DNA from: Haplodiscus bocki
Lineage: Eukaryota
NCBI GenBank assembly: GCA_965655095.1
Contig: OZ296650.1
Location: 7,998,001 to 8,062,000, forward strand
Direction: 5' to 3'
Length of the DNA: 64,000 nt
Shown: in pieces, positions 1 through 14,500 of the stretch
Numbering within the stretch: the first letter of the stretch is position 1
How the letters are laid out: each line of letters starts with the position of its first letter
Position numbers and translations under genes: made by a program
Notes under the pieces: model-generated
Databases searched by the model: none
What the model was told of the DNA's origin: nothing
The model's input: only the letters and a program-made list of their open reading frames with translations

Positions 1-1064
1 TAAGCTGAACTCGGCCAACACGGATCGACATTTGTTTGTAGTTAACTGATCATGCAAGTTTTACGTTTTTGCTGACGTCACTGTTAGAATAGAATTTTTC
101 TTGCTCTCAAGTTCCGCTTTAGACAACTTAACAATATTGAAGATCATGATTACAACCTAATATGTTTTCCAACACATCCCTGTAGACAGACACCAATTCA
201 ATCTGAGCGTAGGAAAAAGGATGAACTTTAACGTTCGTTTGAAGAGAGACCAAAGAACCACTGGCTTAGTTGAACTGAGGCATAATCTAACAAGTTTTGT
301 TAGTAGTAATCTGATCATCCAATTTTCACGACCTGCTGGACCTGTAAGGGAGATTGAAGAGATCTTCGTGCTCTCAAGGGGTTGCTTCTAAAGTTTGAAC
401 AACATTGAAGACCATGATTACATAAGAGGACGTTTTCGAGCAAATCGTCGTAGTCAGACACCAATTTAACAGGAGCGTAGGAAAAAAGAACCAATTTTGC
501 TGTTCGTTTCAAGAGACACTAAAAAAAACACTGGCTAAGTTGATCTCAGGCAACACCTATCGAACTGTGTAAGTAGTTGTCTGATCATGCAGGTTTTTTA
601 ACTTTTCTGACCTGGTGGGGAGAAAACAATCTTTCTTGCCCCCAAGAATCCACGTCAGACATCTGAAAAACGTCGAAGATCATGATTACATCATAGGTTG
701 TATTGAAACAATTCGCCGTAGCCAGACACTGTCTTAGTCTGGTCGTTTGACTAAAGAACGAACTGAAAACCTCGTAATAATTAAGGCCACAAAAGCAGTG
801 TCTTAGATGAATTCAGACAACAGAGATCGAGATTTGTATGCAGTCGTCCTATCATGCCAGTATTACAATTTTTTTGACCTGTTTGGGAGACTGAAGATGT
901 TCCTGCTCTCAAGAGTTCGTGTTAGACGTCTGAATAACATTGAAGATCTTGATTACACCGAAAGCTGTAATAAAACACTTCGTTTTAGTAAGACACTATG
1001 TTAGCTTGGTCGTTTGACTGAAGATCAGGTTGAAAAAAACGTAAGAAGCAAGACCGCAGAAGTA

Positions 1065-4000
1065 TTGGCTTAGTTCAACGCAGGTAACACCCTATCGAGT
1101 TTTGTCTGTAGTAATCTGATCTTTCAAGTTTCACAATTTTCTTTACCCATTCGGGAGATTTAAGATCTTCCTACACGCAAGAAGTCGCATCTGAAGTCTG
1201 AAAAACACTGAAAATCCTGATTACATCATCAGATGTGTTCAACTACTTTCGCTGTAGTAAAACACTAACATAGCTTAAGCGCAGGATTGTAGAACGAACG
1301 AAAAAGTAATTTATGAGCAAGACACAGAAGAATTGGCTCAGTTGAACTCAAACAACGAGCATCCAGCTTTGTTTTTAGTCATCTTATCATGCAAGTTTTA
1401 CGACTATCCTGACCTGTTGGGGAAATTTTAGATTTTCCTATTCTTAAGTGTTCGCGTTAGACATCTGAACAACATTGAAGACCATGATTACATCATAGGT
1501 TGTGTTGGAACAATTCGCCGTAGCCAAACACTGTCTTTGCCTGGTCGTTTGACTAAATAACGAACTGAAAACCTCGTAATTTTTAAGGCCACAAAAGCAG
1601 TGTCTTAGATGAATCCAGACATCAGAGATCGAAATTTGTATGCAGTCGTCCCATCATGCCAGTATTACAATTTTTTTGACCTGTTCGGGAGATTGAAGGT
1701 GTTCCTGTTCTCAGGAGTTCGTGTTAGACCTCTGCATAGCAATGAAGATCTTGATTACATCGAAAGCTGTAATAAAACACTTCGTTTCAGTAAGACACTT
1801 TATTAGCCTGGTCGTTTGACTAAAGAGGGGGTTGAAAAATTCGTAACAAGCCAGACCACAGAAACATTGGCTTAGTTGACCTCCAAAACCACCCTATCGA
1901 GTTTTGTCTGTAGTAACCTGATCTTGCAATTTTCACGATTTCCGTCAGCGATTCGGGAGATTTAAGATATTCTTGAACCCGAGGATTAAGTCTGAAGCCT
2001 GAAAACCACTGAAAATCCTGATTACATCATCAGTTATGTTCAAATACTTTCGCTGTAATAAAACTCTAACATGGCTTGAGCGTAGGACTGTAGAACGAAC
2101 GATAAAGTGCAATATAAGTAAGACACAGAAGAACGGGCTCAGTTGATTTCAAACAACAAGGATCGAGTTTTGTTTTTAGTTATCTGATCATGCAAGTTTT
2201 ACGACTAACCTGACATGGTGGGGAGATTTTAGATTTTCGTATTCTTAAGTGTTCGCGTCAGACATCTGAACAACACTGAAGATCATGATTACATCCTAAA
2301 ATGTATCCCAACACATCGTTGTAGTCATAAACCAACTTAACTTGAGCGTGTGAAGAGAGAGCGAGCTAAAATTCTCGGTTCAAGAGAGACCACTGACCCA
2401 CTGGTTTAGTTGAACGCTGGCAACAACTATCGAGTTTTGTCTCTAAGAAACTGATTTTGAAATTTTCACAAATTTCCTGACCTGGTCCGGAGATTGTTGA
2501 TCATTCTGCTCTCAAGGGTTCGTGATAGAACTCTGAACAACATTGAAGATCCTGTGTGTGTTCAAATACTCCGCTGCAGTAAGACACTAACTTAGCATAA
2601 GCATCTGATTGAAGATCGAACTACAAAATTCCTTATAACGAAAGCCACAGAGGCACTGACTAGGTTGAACTTAGCCAACATGGATCGAGCTTTGTTTGTA
2701 GTTAACTGATCATGCAAGTTTTACGTTTTTGCTGACGTCACTGTTAGAATAGAATTTTTCTTGCTCTCAAGTTCCGCTTTAGACAACTTAACAATATTGA
2801 AGATCATGATTACAACCTAATATGTTTTCCAACACATTGCTGTAGACAGACACCAACTCAATCTGAGCGTAGGAAGAAAGAATGAACTTTAACGTTCGTT
2901 TCAAGAAAGACCAAAGAAGCACAGACTTAGTTGAACTCAGGCAAAATCTATCATGTTTTGTTAGTAGTAATCTGATCATCCCAAGTTCACGACTTTCTGG
3001 ACCTTTTAGGTAGATTGAAGATCTTCGTGCTCTCAAGGGTTTTCGTCTAAAGTCTGAACAACATTGAAGATTATGATTACATAATAGGACGTTTTCCAGC
3101 AAATCGTCGTGATCAGACACCAATTTGAGATGAGCGTAGGAAGAAAGAGCGAATTTTACTGTTCGTTTCAAGAGACACTAGAGAAACACTGGCTAAGTTT
3201 AACTCAAACGACAAGGATTCAGCTTTGTTTGTAGTTATCTGATCATCCAAGTTTTACAACTATCCTAACCTGATAGAGGGATTTTAGAATTTCTTGCTCT
3301 CAAGTGTTCGCGTTAGACATCCGAACAGCATTGAAGATCACAATTACATCATAGGTTGTATTGAAACAATTCGCCGTAGACAGACACTGTCTTAGCGTCG
3401 TCGTATGTTTAAAGAACAAACTGAAAAGTTCGTAGGAAACAAGACCACAGAAGCAGTGTGTTAGATGAATTCAGACATCGCAGATCAAGTTTTGTATGCA
3501 GTCGGCCTGTCATGCCAGTTTTACGATTTTTTTTACCTTTTCGGGAGATTGAAGTTGTTCCTGCTCGCAAGATTTCGTGTTACATGTCTGAATAGCATTG
3601 AAGATGTTGATTACATCGAACTCTGTAATAAAACACTTCGTTTTAGTAAGACACTGTGTTAGCTTGGTCGTCTGACTAAAGAACGGGTTAAAAAATTCGT
3701 AATAAGCAAGAACACTGAAGCATTGGCTTAGTTCAACGCAGGTAACACCCTATCGAGTTTTGTCTGTAGTAATCTGATCTTTCAAGTTTCACAATTTTCT
3801 TTACCCATTCGGGAGATTTAAGATCTTCCTACACGCAAGAAGTCGCGTCTGAAGTCTGAAAAACACTGAAAATCCTGATTACATCATCAGATGTGTTCAA
3901 CTACTTTCGCTGTAGTAAAACACTAACATAGCTTAAGCGCAGGATTGTAGAACGAACGAAAAAGTAATTTATGAGCAAGACACAGAAGAATTGGCTCAGT

Positions 4001-6390
4001 TGAACTCAAACAACGAGCATCCAGCTTTGTTTTTAGTCATCTTATCATGCAAGTTTTACGACTATCCTGACCTGTTGGGGAAATTTTAGATTTTCCTATT
4101 CTTAAGTGTTCGCGTTAGACATCTGAACAACATTGAAGACCATGATTACATCATAGGTTGTGTTGGAACAATTCGCCGTAGCCAAACACTGTCTTAGCCT
4201 GGTCGTTTGACTAAATAACGAACTGAAAACCTCGTAAATTTTAAGGCCACAAAAGCAGTGTCTTAGATGAATCCAGACATCAGAGATCGAAATTTGTATG
4301 CAGTCGTCCCATCATGCCAGTATTACAGTTTTTTTGACCTGTTCGGGAGATTGAAGGTGTTCCTGTTCTCAGGAGTTCGTGTTAGACCTCTGCATAGCAA
4401 TGAAGATCTTGATTACATCGAAAGCTGTAATAAAACACTTCGTTTCAGTAAGACACTTTGTTAGCCTGGTCGTTTGACTAAAGAGGGGGTTGAAAAATTC
4501 GTAACAAGCCAGACCACAGAAACATTGGCTTAGTTGACCTCCAGTACCAACCTATCGAGTTTTGTCTGTAGTAACCTGATCTTGCAATTTTCACGATTTC
4601 CGTCAGCGATTCGGGAGATTTAAGATATTCTTGAACCCGAGGATTAAGTCTGAAGCCTGAAAACCACTGAAAATCCTGATTCCATCATCAGTTATGTTCA
4701 AATACTTTCGCTGTAATAAAACTCTAACATGGCTTGAGCGTAGGACTGTAGAACGAACGATAAAGTGCAATATAAGTAAGACACAGAAGAACGGGCTCAG
4801 TTGATTTCAAACAACAAGGATCGAGTTTTGTTTTTAGTTATCTGATCATGCAAGTTTTACGACTAACCTGACATGGTGGGGAGATTTTAGATTTTCGTAT
4901 TCTTAAGTGTTCGCGTCAGACATCTGAACAACACTGAAGATCATGATTACATCCTAAAATGTATCCCAACACATCGTTGTAGTCATACACCAACTTAACT
5001 TGAGCGTGTGAAGAGAGAGCGAGCTAAAATTCTCGGTTCAAGAGAGACCACTGACCCACTGGTTTAGTTGAACGCTGGCAACAACTATCGAGTTTTGTCT
5101 CTAAGAAACTGATTTTGCAATTTTCACAAATTTCCTGACCTGGTCCGGAGATTGTTGATCATTCTGCTCTCAAGGGTTCATGATAGAACTCTGAACAACA
5201 TTGAAGATCCTGTGTGTGTTCAAATACTCCGCTGCAGTAAGACACTAACTTAGCATAAGCATCTGATTGAAGATCGAACTACAAAATTCCTTATAACGAA
5301 AGCCACAGAGGCACTGACTAGGTTGAACTTAGCCAACATGGATCGAGCTTTGTTTGTAGTTAACTGATCATGCAAGTTTTACGTTTTTGCTGACGTCACT
5401 GTTAGAATAGAATTTTTCTTGCTCTCAAGTTCCGCTTTAGACAACTTAACAATATTGAAGATCATGATTACAACCTAATATGTTTTCCAACACATTGCTG
5501 TAGACAGACACCAACTCAATCTGAGCGTAGGAAGAAAGAATGAACTTTAACGTTCGTTTCAAGAAAGACCAAAGAAGCACAGACTTAGTTGAACTCAGGC
5601 AAAATCTATCAGGTTTTGTTAGTAGTAATCTGATCATCCCAAGTTCACGACTTTCTGGACCTTTTAGGTAGATTGAAGATCTTCGTGCTCTCAAGGGTTT
5701 TCGTCTAAAGTCTGAACAACATTGAAGATTATGATTACATAATAGGACGTTTTCCAGCAAATCGTCGTGATCAGACACCAATTTGAGATGAGCGTAGGAA
5801 GAAAGAGCGAATTTTACTGTTCGTTTCAAGAGACACTAGAGAAACACTGGCTAAGTTTAACTCAAACGACAAGGATTCAGCTTTGTTTGTAGTTATCTGA
5901 TCATCCAAGTTTTACAACTATCCTAACCTGATAGAGGGATTTTAGAATTTCTTGCTCTCAAGTGTTCGCGTTAGACATCCGAACAGCATTGAAGATCACA
6001 ATTACATCATAGGTTGTATTGAAACAATTCGCCGTAGACAGACACTGTCTTAGCGTCGTCGTATGTTTAAAGAACAAACTGAAAAGTTCGTAGGAAACAA
6101 GACCACAGAAGCAGTGTGTTAGATGAATTCAGACATCGCAGATCAAGTTTTGTATGCAGTCGGCCTGTCATGCCAGTTTTACGATTTTTTTTACCTTTTC
6201 GGGAGATTGAAGTTGTTCCTGCTCGCAAGATTTCGTGTTACATGTCTGAATAGCATTGAAGATGTTGATTACATCGAACTCTGTAATAAAACACTTCGTT
6301 TTAGTAAGACACTGTGTTAGCTTGGTCGTCTGACTAAAGAACGGGTTGAAAAATTCGTAATAAGCAAGAACACTGAAGCATTGGCTTAGT
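1065..6390. repeat. 10-monomer HOR, 2658 bp, two near-identical tandem copies
   Basis: ORF pairs are offset by exactly 2658 (1609/4267, 2788/5446, 3465/6123), and 2658 = 9x267 + one 255-bp monomer. Only scattered substitutions separate the copies. Confidence 0.95.
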
Positions 6391-7337
6391 TGAACTCAGG
6401 TAACACCTTATCGAGTTTTGTCTTTAGTATTCTGATCTTTCAAGTTTCACATTTTTCCTTACCCAATCGGGAGATTTAAGAACTTCCTACACCCAAGAGA
6501 TCAAGTCTGAAGTCTGAAAAACATTGAAAATCCTGATTACATCATCAGTTGTGTTCAAATACTTTCGCTGTATTAAAACACTAACATAGCTTAAGCGCAG
6601 GATTGTAGAACGAACGAAAAAGTAATTTATAAGCAAGACACAGAAGAATTGGCTCAGTTGAACTCAAACAACGAGCATCCAGCTTTGTTTTTAGTTATCT
6701 TATCATGCAAGTTTTACGACTAACCTGAAATGGTCGGGAGATTTTAGATTTTCTTGCTCTCAAGTGTTCGCGTTAGACATCTGAACAACCTTGGAGATCA
6801 TGGTTACTTCATAAGATGTTTCCCAACACATCGATGTAGTCATACACCAACTTCACTTGAGCGTATGAGGAAAGAGCGAAATTAAATTCTCGATTCAAGA
6901 GAGGCCACTGAACCACTGGCTTAGTTGAACGCTGGCAACAACTATCGAGTTTTGTCTCTTAGAATCTGATTTTGCAATTTTCACGAATTTCGTGACATGG
7001 TCCGTAGATTGTTGATCTTTCTGCTCTCTGGGGTTCGTGTTAGAACCCTGAACAACATCGAAGATCCTGTGTGTGGTCAAATGCTTCGCTGCAGTAAGAC
7101 ACTAACTTAGTTTAAGCATCTGATTGAAGATCGAACTACAAAATTCCTTTTAACGAAGGCCACAGAAGCACTGACTAAGTTGAACTCAGCCAACACGGAT
7201 CGAGTTTTGTTTATAGTTAATTGATCATGCGAGTTTTAAGTCTTTGCTGACCTGGCTGGCAGAATAGAGTTTTTCTTGCTCTCAAGTTCCGCTTTAGGCA
7301 ACTGAACCCGATCGAAGATCATGATTACATCCTAAGA

Positions 7338-8580
7338 TGTTTTCCAACACATCCCTGTAGACAGACACCAATTCAATCTGAGCGTAGGAAAAAGGATGAA
7401 CTTTAACGTTCGTTTGAAGAGAGACCAAAGAACCACTGGCTTAGTTGAACTGAGGCATAATCTAACAAGTTTTGTTAGTAGTAATCTGATCATCCAATTT
7501 TCACGACCTGCTGGACCTGTAAGGGAGATTGAAGAGATCTTCGTGCTCTCAAGGGGTTGCTTCTAAAGTTTGAACAACATTGAAGACCATGATTACATAA
7601 GAGGACGTTTTCGAGCAAATCGTCGTAGTCAGACACCAATTTAACAGGAGCGTAGGAAAAAAGAACCAATTTTGCTGTTCGTTTCAAGAGACACTAAAAA
7701 AAACACTGGCTAAGTTGATCTCAGGCAACACCTATCGAACTGTGTAAGTAGTTGTCTGATCATGCAGGTTTTTTAACTTTTCTGACCTGGTGGGGAGAAA
7801 ACAATCTTTCTTGCCCCCAAGAATCCACGTCAGACATCTGAAAAACGTCGAAGATCATGATTACATCATAGGTTGTATTGAAACAATTCGCCGTAGCCAG
7901 ACACTGTCTTAGTCTGGTCGTTTGACTAAAGAACGAACTGAAAACCTCGTAATAATTAAGGCCACAAAAGCAGTGTCTTAGATGAATTCAGACAACAGAG
8001 ATCGAGATTTGTATGCAGTCGTCCTATCATGCCAGTATTACAATTTTTTTGACCTGTTTGGGAGACTGAAGATGTTCCTGCTCTCAAGAGTTCGTGTTAG
8101 ACGTCTGAATAACATTGAAGATCTTGATTACACCGAAAGCTGTAATAAAACACTTCGTTTTAGTAAGACACTATGTTAGCTTGGTCGTTTGACTGAATAT
8201 CAGGTTGAAAAAAACGTAAGAAGCAAGACCGCAGAAGCATTGGCTTAGTTCAACGCAGGTAACACCCTATCGAGTTTTGTCTGTAGTAATCTGATCTTTC
8301 AAGTTTCACAATTTTCTTTACCCATTCGGGAGATTTAAGATCTTCCTACACGCAAGAAGTCGCGTCTGAAGTCTGAAAAACACTGAAAATCCTGATTACA
8401 TCATCAGATGTGTTCAACTACTTTCGCTGTAGTAAAACACTAACGTAGCTTAAGCGCAGGACTGTAGAACGAACGAAAAAGTAATTTATGAGCAAGACAC
8501 AGAAGAATTGGCTCAGTTGAACTCAAACAACGAGCATCCAGCTTTGTTTTTAGTTATCTTATCATGCAAGTTTTACGACT
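7338..8580. repeat. Near-identical copy of ~163-1405 (about 4.6 monomers), offset 7175 bp (27 monomers)
   Basis: Identical translated ORFs at 315/7490 and 807/7982. Rare variants are shared, such as TGATCTCAGG, CACTAAAAAAAACAC and GAAGAGATC. Confidence 0.9.
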
Positions 8581-11500
8581 AACCTGACATGGTCGGGATT
8601 TTTTAGCTTTTCTAATTCTTAAGTGTTCGCGTTAGACATCTGAACAACACTAAAGATCATGGTTACATCCTGAAATGTATCCCAACACATCGCTGTAGTC
8701 ATACACTAACATAACTTGAGCGTGTGAAGAGAGAGCGAACAAAAATTCTAGATTCAAGAGAGACCACTGACCCACTGGTTTATTTGAACACTGGCAACAA
8801 CTATCGAGTTTTGTCTCTAAGAATCTGATTCTGCAATTTTCACAAATTTCCTGACCTGGTCCGGAGATTGTTGATCTTTCTGCTTTCAAGGGTTGGTGAT
8901 AGAACTCTGAACAACATTGAAGATCCTGTGTGTGTTCAAACACTCCGCTGCAGTAAGACACTAACTTAGCATAAGCATCTGAGTGAAGATCGAACTACAA
9001 AATTCATTATAACGAAGGCCACAGAAGCACTGACTAGGTTGAACTTAGCCAACACGGATCGAGCTTTGTTTGTCGTTAAATGATTATGCAAGTTTTACGT
9101 TTTTGCTGACGTGACTGGCGGAATAGAACTTTTCTTGCTCTCAAGCCCCCTTAGACGACTTAACATTATTGAAGATCATGACTACATCCTAAGATGTTTT
9201 CCAACACATTGCTGTAGACAGACACCAATTCAATCTGAGCGTAGGAAAAAAGAATGAAATTTAACGTTCGTTTCAAGAGAGACCAAAGAAGCACTGGCTT
9301 AGTTGAACTCAGGCAAAATCTATCAGGTTTTGTTAGTAGTAATCTGATCATCCAAAGTTCACAAATTTCTTGACCTTTTAGGTTGATTGAAGATCTTCGT
9401 GCTTTCAAGGGTTTGCGCCTAAAGTCTGAACAACATTGAAGATTATGATTACATAATAGAACGTTTTCCAGCAAATCGTCGTGATCAGACACCAATTTAA
9501 GATGAGCGTAGGAAGAAAGAACGAATTCTACTGTTCGTTTCAAGAGACACAAGAGAAGCACTGGCTAAGTTTAACTCAAACGACAAGGATTCGGCTTTGT
9601 TTGTAGTTATCTGATCATGCAAGTTTTACAACTATCCTGACCTGGTAGGGAAATTTTAAATTTTCTTGCTCTCAAGTGTTCGCGTTAGACATCTGAACAG
9701 CATTGAAGATCACGTTTAAATCATAAGTTGTACTGAAACAATTCACCGTAGCGAGACACTGTCTTAGCCTGGTCGTATAACTAAAGAACAAACTGAAAAC
9801 TTCGTAGTAAACAAGACCACAGAAGCAGTGTCTTAGTTGAATTCAGACATCGCAGATCAAGTTTTGTATGCAGTCGGCCTGTCATGCCAGTTTTACGATT
9901 TTTTTGACCTTTTCGGGAGATTGAAGATGTTCCTGCTCGCAAGATTTCGTGTTACATGTCTGAATAGCATTGAAGATCTTGATTACATCGAAAGCTGTAA
10001 TAGAACACTTCGTTTTAGTAAGACACTATGTTAGCTTGGTCGTCTGACTAAAGAACGGGTTGAAAAATTCGTAACAAGCAAGAACACTGAAGCATTGGCT
10101 TAGTTGAACTCAGGTAACACCTTATCGAGTTTGCCTTTAGTATTCTGATCTTTCAATTTTTACAATTTTCCTTACCCATTCGGGATATTTAAGAAATTCC
10201 TACATCAAAGACATTGTATCTGAATTCTGAAAAACATAGAAGGTCCTGATAACAACGTCAGATGTGTTCAAATACCTTCGCTGTAGTAGAACACTAACAT
10301 AGCTTAAGCGCAGGATTGTAGAACGAACGAAAAAATAAGTTATGAGCAAGACACAGAAGAATTGGATCAGTTGAACTCAAACAACAAGAGTCGAGCCTTA
10401 TTTGTAGTTAACTGATCATGCAAGTTTTACGTTTTTGCTGAAGTGACTGGCAGAATAGAGTTTTTCTTGCTCTCAAGCTCCGCTTTAGACAACTGAACAT
10501 TATTGAAGATCAGGGTTACATCCTAAGATGTTTTCCAACACATCCCTGTAGACAGACACCAGTTCCATCTGAGCGTAGGAAAAAAGAATGAAATTTAACG
10601 TTCGTTTCAAGAGATACCAAAGAAGCACTGGCTTAGTTGAACGCAGGCAAAATCTAACAAGTTTTGTTAGTAGTAATCTGATCATCCAATTTTCACGACC
10701 TGCTGGACCTGTAAGGGAGATTGAAGAGATCTTCGTGCTCTCAAGGGGTTGCTTCTAAAGTTTGAACAACATTGAAGACCATGATTACATAAAAGGACGT
10801 TTTCCAGCAAATCGTCGCAGTCGGACACCAATTTAACATGAGCGTAGGAAGAAAGAACGAATTTTACTGTTCGTTTCAAGAGACAATAAGAAAGCACTGG
10901 CTAATTTGAACTCAAGCAACACCTATCGAACTGTGTTTGCAGTAATCTGATCATGCAGGCTTTTTTACGGTCCTGACCTTGTGGGGAGGAAATAAATTTT
11001 CTTGCCCCCAAGAATCCACGTCAGACATCTGAAAAACGTTGAAGATCATGATTCCATCATTGGTTCTATTGAAACAATTCGCCATTGCCAAACACTGTCT
11101 TAGCCTGGTCGTTTGACTAAAGAACGAATTGAAAACCTCGTAATAATTAAGGCCACAAAAGCAGTGTCTTCAATGAATTCAGACATCAGAGATCGAGATT
11201 TGTATGCAGTCGTCCCATCATGCCAGTATTACAATTTTTTTGACCTGTTCGGGAGATTGAAGATGTTCCTGCTCTCAAGAGTTCGTGTTAGACGTCTGCA
11301 TCCATAGCAATGAAGATTTTGATTACATCGAAAGCTGTAATAAAACACTTCGTTTCAGTAAGACACTTTGTTAGCCTGGTCGTTTAACTAAAGAAGGGGT
11401 TGAAAAATGCGTAACAAGCAAGACCACAGAAGCATTGGCTTAGTTGAACTCAAGTACCACCCTATCGAGTTTTGTCTGCAGTAATCTGATCTTGCAATTT

Positions 11501-14500
11501 TCACAATTTCCCTTGCCGATTCGGGAGATTTAAGATCTTCCTGAACCCGATGATTGTGTCTGAAGTCTGAAAACCACTGAAGATCCTGATTACATCATCA
11601 GTTATTTTCACATACGTTCGCTGTAGTAAAACTCTAACATAGCTTAAGCGTAGGACTGTAGAACGAATGATAAAGTACATTATAAGTAAGACACAGAAGA
11701 ACGGGCTCAGTTGAACTCAAACAACAAGGATCGAGTTTTGTTTCTAGTTATCTGATCCTGCAAGTCTTACGACTAACCTGACATGGTGGGGAGACTTTAG
11801 ATTTTCTTAATCTTAAGTGTTCGCATTAGACATCTGAACAACACTGAAGATCATGATTACATCCTAAAATGTATCACAACGCATCGTTGTAGTCATACAC
11901 CAACTTAACTTGAGCGTGTGAAGAGAGAGCGAACTAAAATTCTCGATTCAAGAGAGACCACTGACCCACTGGTTTAGTTGAACGCTGGCAACAACTATCG
12001 AGTTTTGTCTCTAAGAATCTGATTTTGCAATTTTCACAAATTTCCTGACCTGGTCCGGAGATTGTTGATCATTCTGCTCTCAAGGGTTCGTGATAGAACT
12101 CTGAACAACATTGAAGATCCTGTGTGTGTTCAAACACTCCGCTGCAGTAAGACACTAACTTAGCATAAGCATCTGAGTGAAGATCGAACTACAAAATTCA
12201 TTATAACGAAGGCCACAGAAGCACTGACTAAGTTGAACTTAGCCAACACGGATCGAGCTTTGTTTGTAGTTAACTGATCATGCAAGTTTTACGTTTTTGC
12301 TGGCGTGACTGGCAGGAGAGAATTTTTCTTGCTCTCAAGTTCCGTTTTAGACGACTTAACAATATTGAAGATCATGATTACATCCTAATATGTTTTCCAA
12401 CACATTGCTGTAGACAGACACCAACTCAATCTGAGCGTAGGAAGAAAGAATGAACTTTAACGTTCGTTTCAATAAAGACCAAAGAAGCACACACTTAGTT
12501 GAACTCAGGCAAAATCTATCAGGTTTTGTTAGTAGTAACCTGATCATCCAAATTTCACGACTTTCTGGACCTTTTAGGTAGATTGAAGATCTTCGTGCTC
12601 TCAAGGGTTTGCGTCTGAAGTCTGAACAACATTGAAGATTATGATTACATAATAGGACGTTTTCCAGCAAAACCTTGTGATCAGACACCAATTTAGCATG
12701 AGCGTAGGAAGAAAGAACGAATTTTACTGTTCGTTTCAAGAGACACTAGAGAAGCACTGGCTAAGTTCAACTCAAACGACAAGGATTCAGTTTTGTTTGT
12801 ATTTATCTGATCATGCAAGTTTTACAACTATCCTGACCTGGTGGGGAGATTTTAGATTTTCTTGCTCTCAAGTGTTCGCGTTCGACATCCTGACAACCTT
12901 GGATATCATGGTTACTTCATAAGATGTTTCCCAACACATCGTTGTAGTCATACACCAACTTCACTCGAGCGTATGAGTAAAGAGCGAAATTAAGTTCTCG
13001 ATTCAAGAGAGGCCACTGAACCACTGGCTTAGTGGAACGCTGGCAACAACTATCGAGTTTTGTCTCTTAGAATCTGATTTTGCAAGTTTCACGAATTTCG
13101 TGACATGGTCCGTAGATTGTTGATCTTTCTGCTCTCAAGGGTTCGTGTTAGAACCCTGAACAACATCGAAGATCCTGTGTGTCGTCAAATGCTTCGCTGC
13201 AGTAAGACACTACCTTAGTTTAAGCATCTGATTGAAGATCGAACTACAAAATTCCTTTTAACGAAGTCCACAGAAGCACTGACTAAGTTGAACTCAGCCA
13301 ACACGGAACGAGTTTTGTTTGTAGTTAACTGATCAAGCGGGTTTTAAGTCTTTGCTGACCTGGCTGGCAGAATAGAATTTTTCTTGCTCTCAAGTTCCGC
13401 TTTAGACAACTGAACCCTATTGAAGATCATGATTACCTCCTAAGATGTTCTCCAACACATCCCTGTAGACAGACACCAATTCAATCTGAGCCTGGGAAAA
13501 AAGAATGAACCTTAACGTTCGGTCGAAGAGAGACCAAAGAAGCACTGGCTTAGTTGAACTCAGGCAAAAAATATCTTTTTGTTAGTAGTAATCTGATCAA
13601 CTAAATTTCACGACTTTCCTGACTGTTACGTAGATTGAACATCCTCCTGCCCTCAACGGTTTGGGTCGAAAGTCTGATCAACATTGAAGATCATGATTAC
13701 ATAAAAGGACGTTTTCCAGCAAATCGTCGCAGTCGGACACCAATTTAACATGAGCGTAGGAAGAAAGAACGAATTTTACTGTTCGTTTCAAGAGACAATA
13801 AGAAAGCACTGGCTAAGTTGATCTCAGGCAACACCTATCGAACTGTGTAAGTAGTAATCTGATCATGCAGGTTTTTTAACTTTTCTGACCTGGTGGGGAG
13901 AAAACAATCTTTCTTGCCCTCAAGAATCTGCGTCAGACATCTGTAAAACATTGAAGATCATGATTACATCATAGGTTGTATTGAAACAATTCGCCGTAGC
14001 CAGACACTGTCTTAGTCTGGTCGTTTGACTAAAGAACGAACTGAAAACCTCGTAATAATTAAGGCCACAAAAGCAGTGTCTTAGATGAATTCAGACAACA
14101 GAGATCGAGATTTGTATGCAGTCGTCCTATCATGCCAGTATTACAATTTTTTTGACCTGTTCGGGAGACTGAAGATGTTCCTGCTCTCAAGAGTTCGTGT
14201 TAGACGTCTGAATAGCATTGAAGATCTTGATTACACCGAAAGCTGTAATAAAACACTTCGTTTTAGTAAGACACTATGTTAGCTTGGTCGTTTGGCTGAA
14301 GATCAGGTTGAAAAAATCGTAACAAGCAAGACCGCAGAAGCATTGGCTTAGTTCAACGCAGGTAACACCCTATCGGGTTCTGTCTGTAGTAATATGATCT
14401 TGCAAGTTTCACGATTTTCCTTACCGGTTCGGGATATTTAAGAACTTCCTACATCCAACAGATTGTATCTGATGTCTGAAAAACATAGAAGATCCTGATA

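Noticed and set aside
1065-6390. Near-identical duplication as a possible assembly artefact
   Set aside because: The copies differ at several substitutions (e.g. TCTTTGCC/TCTTAGCC, TACAATTT/TACAGTTT, CCAAAACC/CCAGTACC) and have in-register junctions. Read-level confirmation is still advisable.
9166-9561. ORFs of 127-131 aa with an exact 89-aa internal period (267 = 89x3), suggesting a degenerate repeat-protein gene
   Set aside because: The common GTTAGA variant puts a TAA right after CCS(D/N)(F/V) in that frame. Monomers carry frequent frame-shifting indels, ORFs appear in several frames on both strands, and no domain is recognisable.
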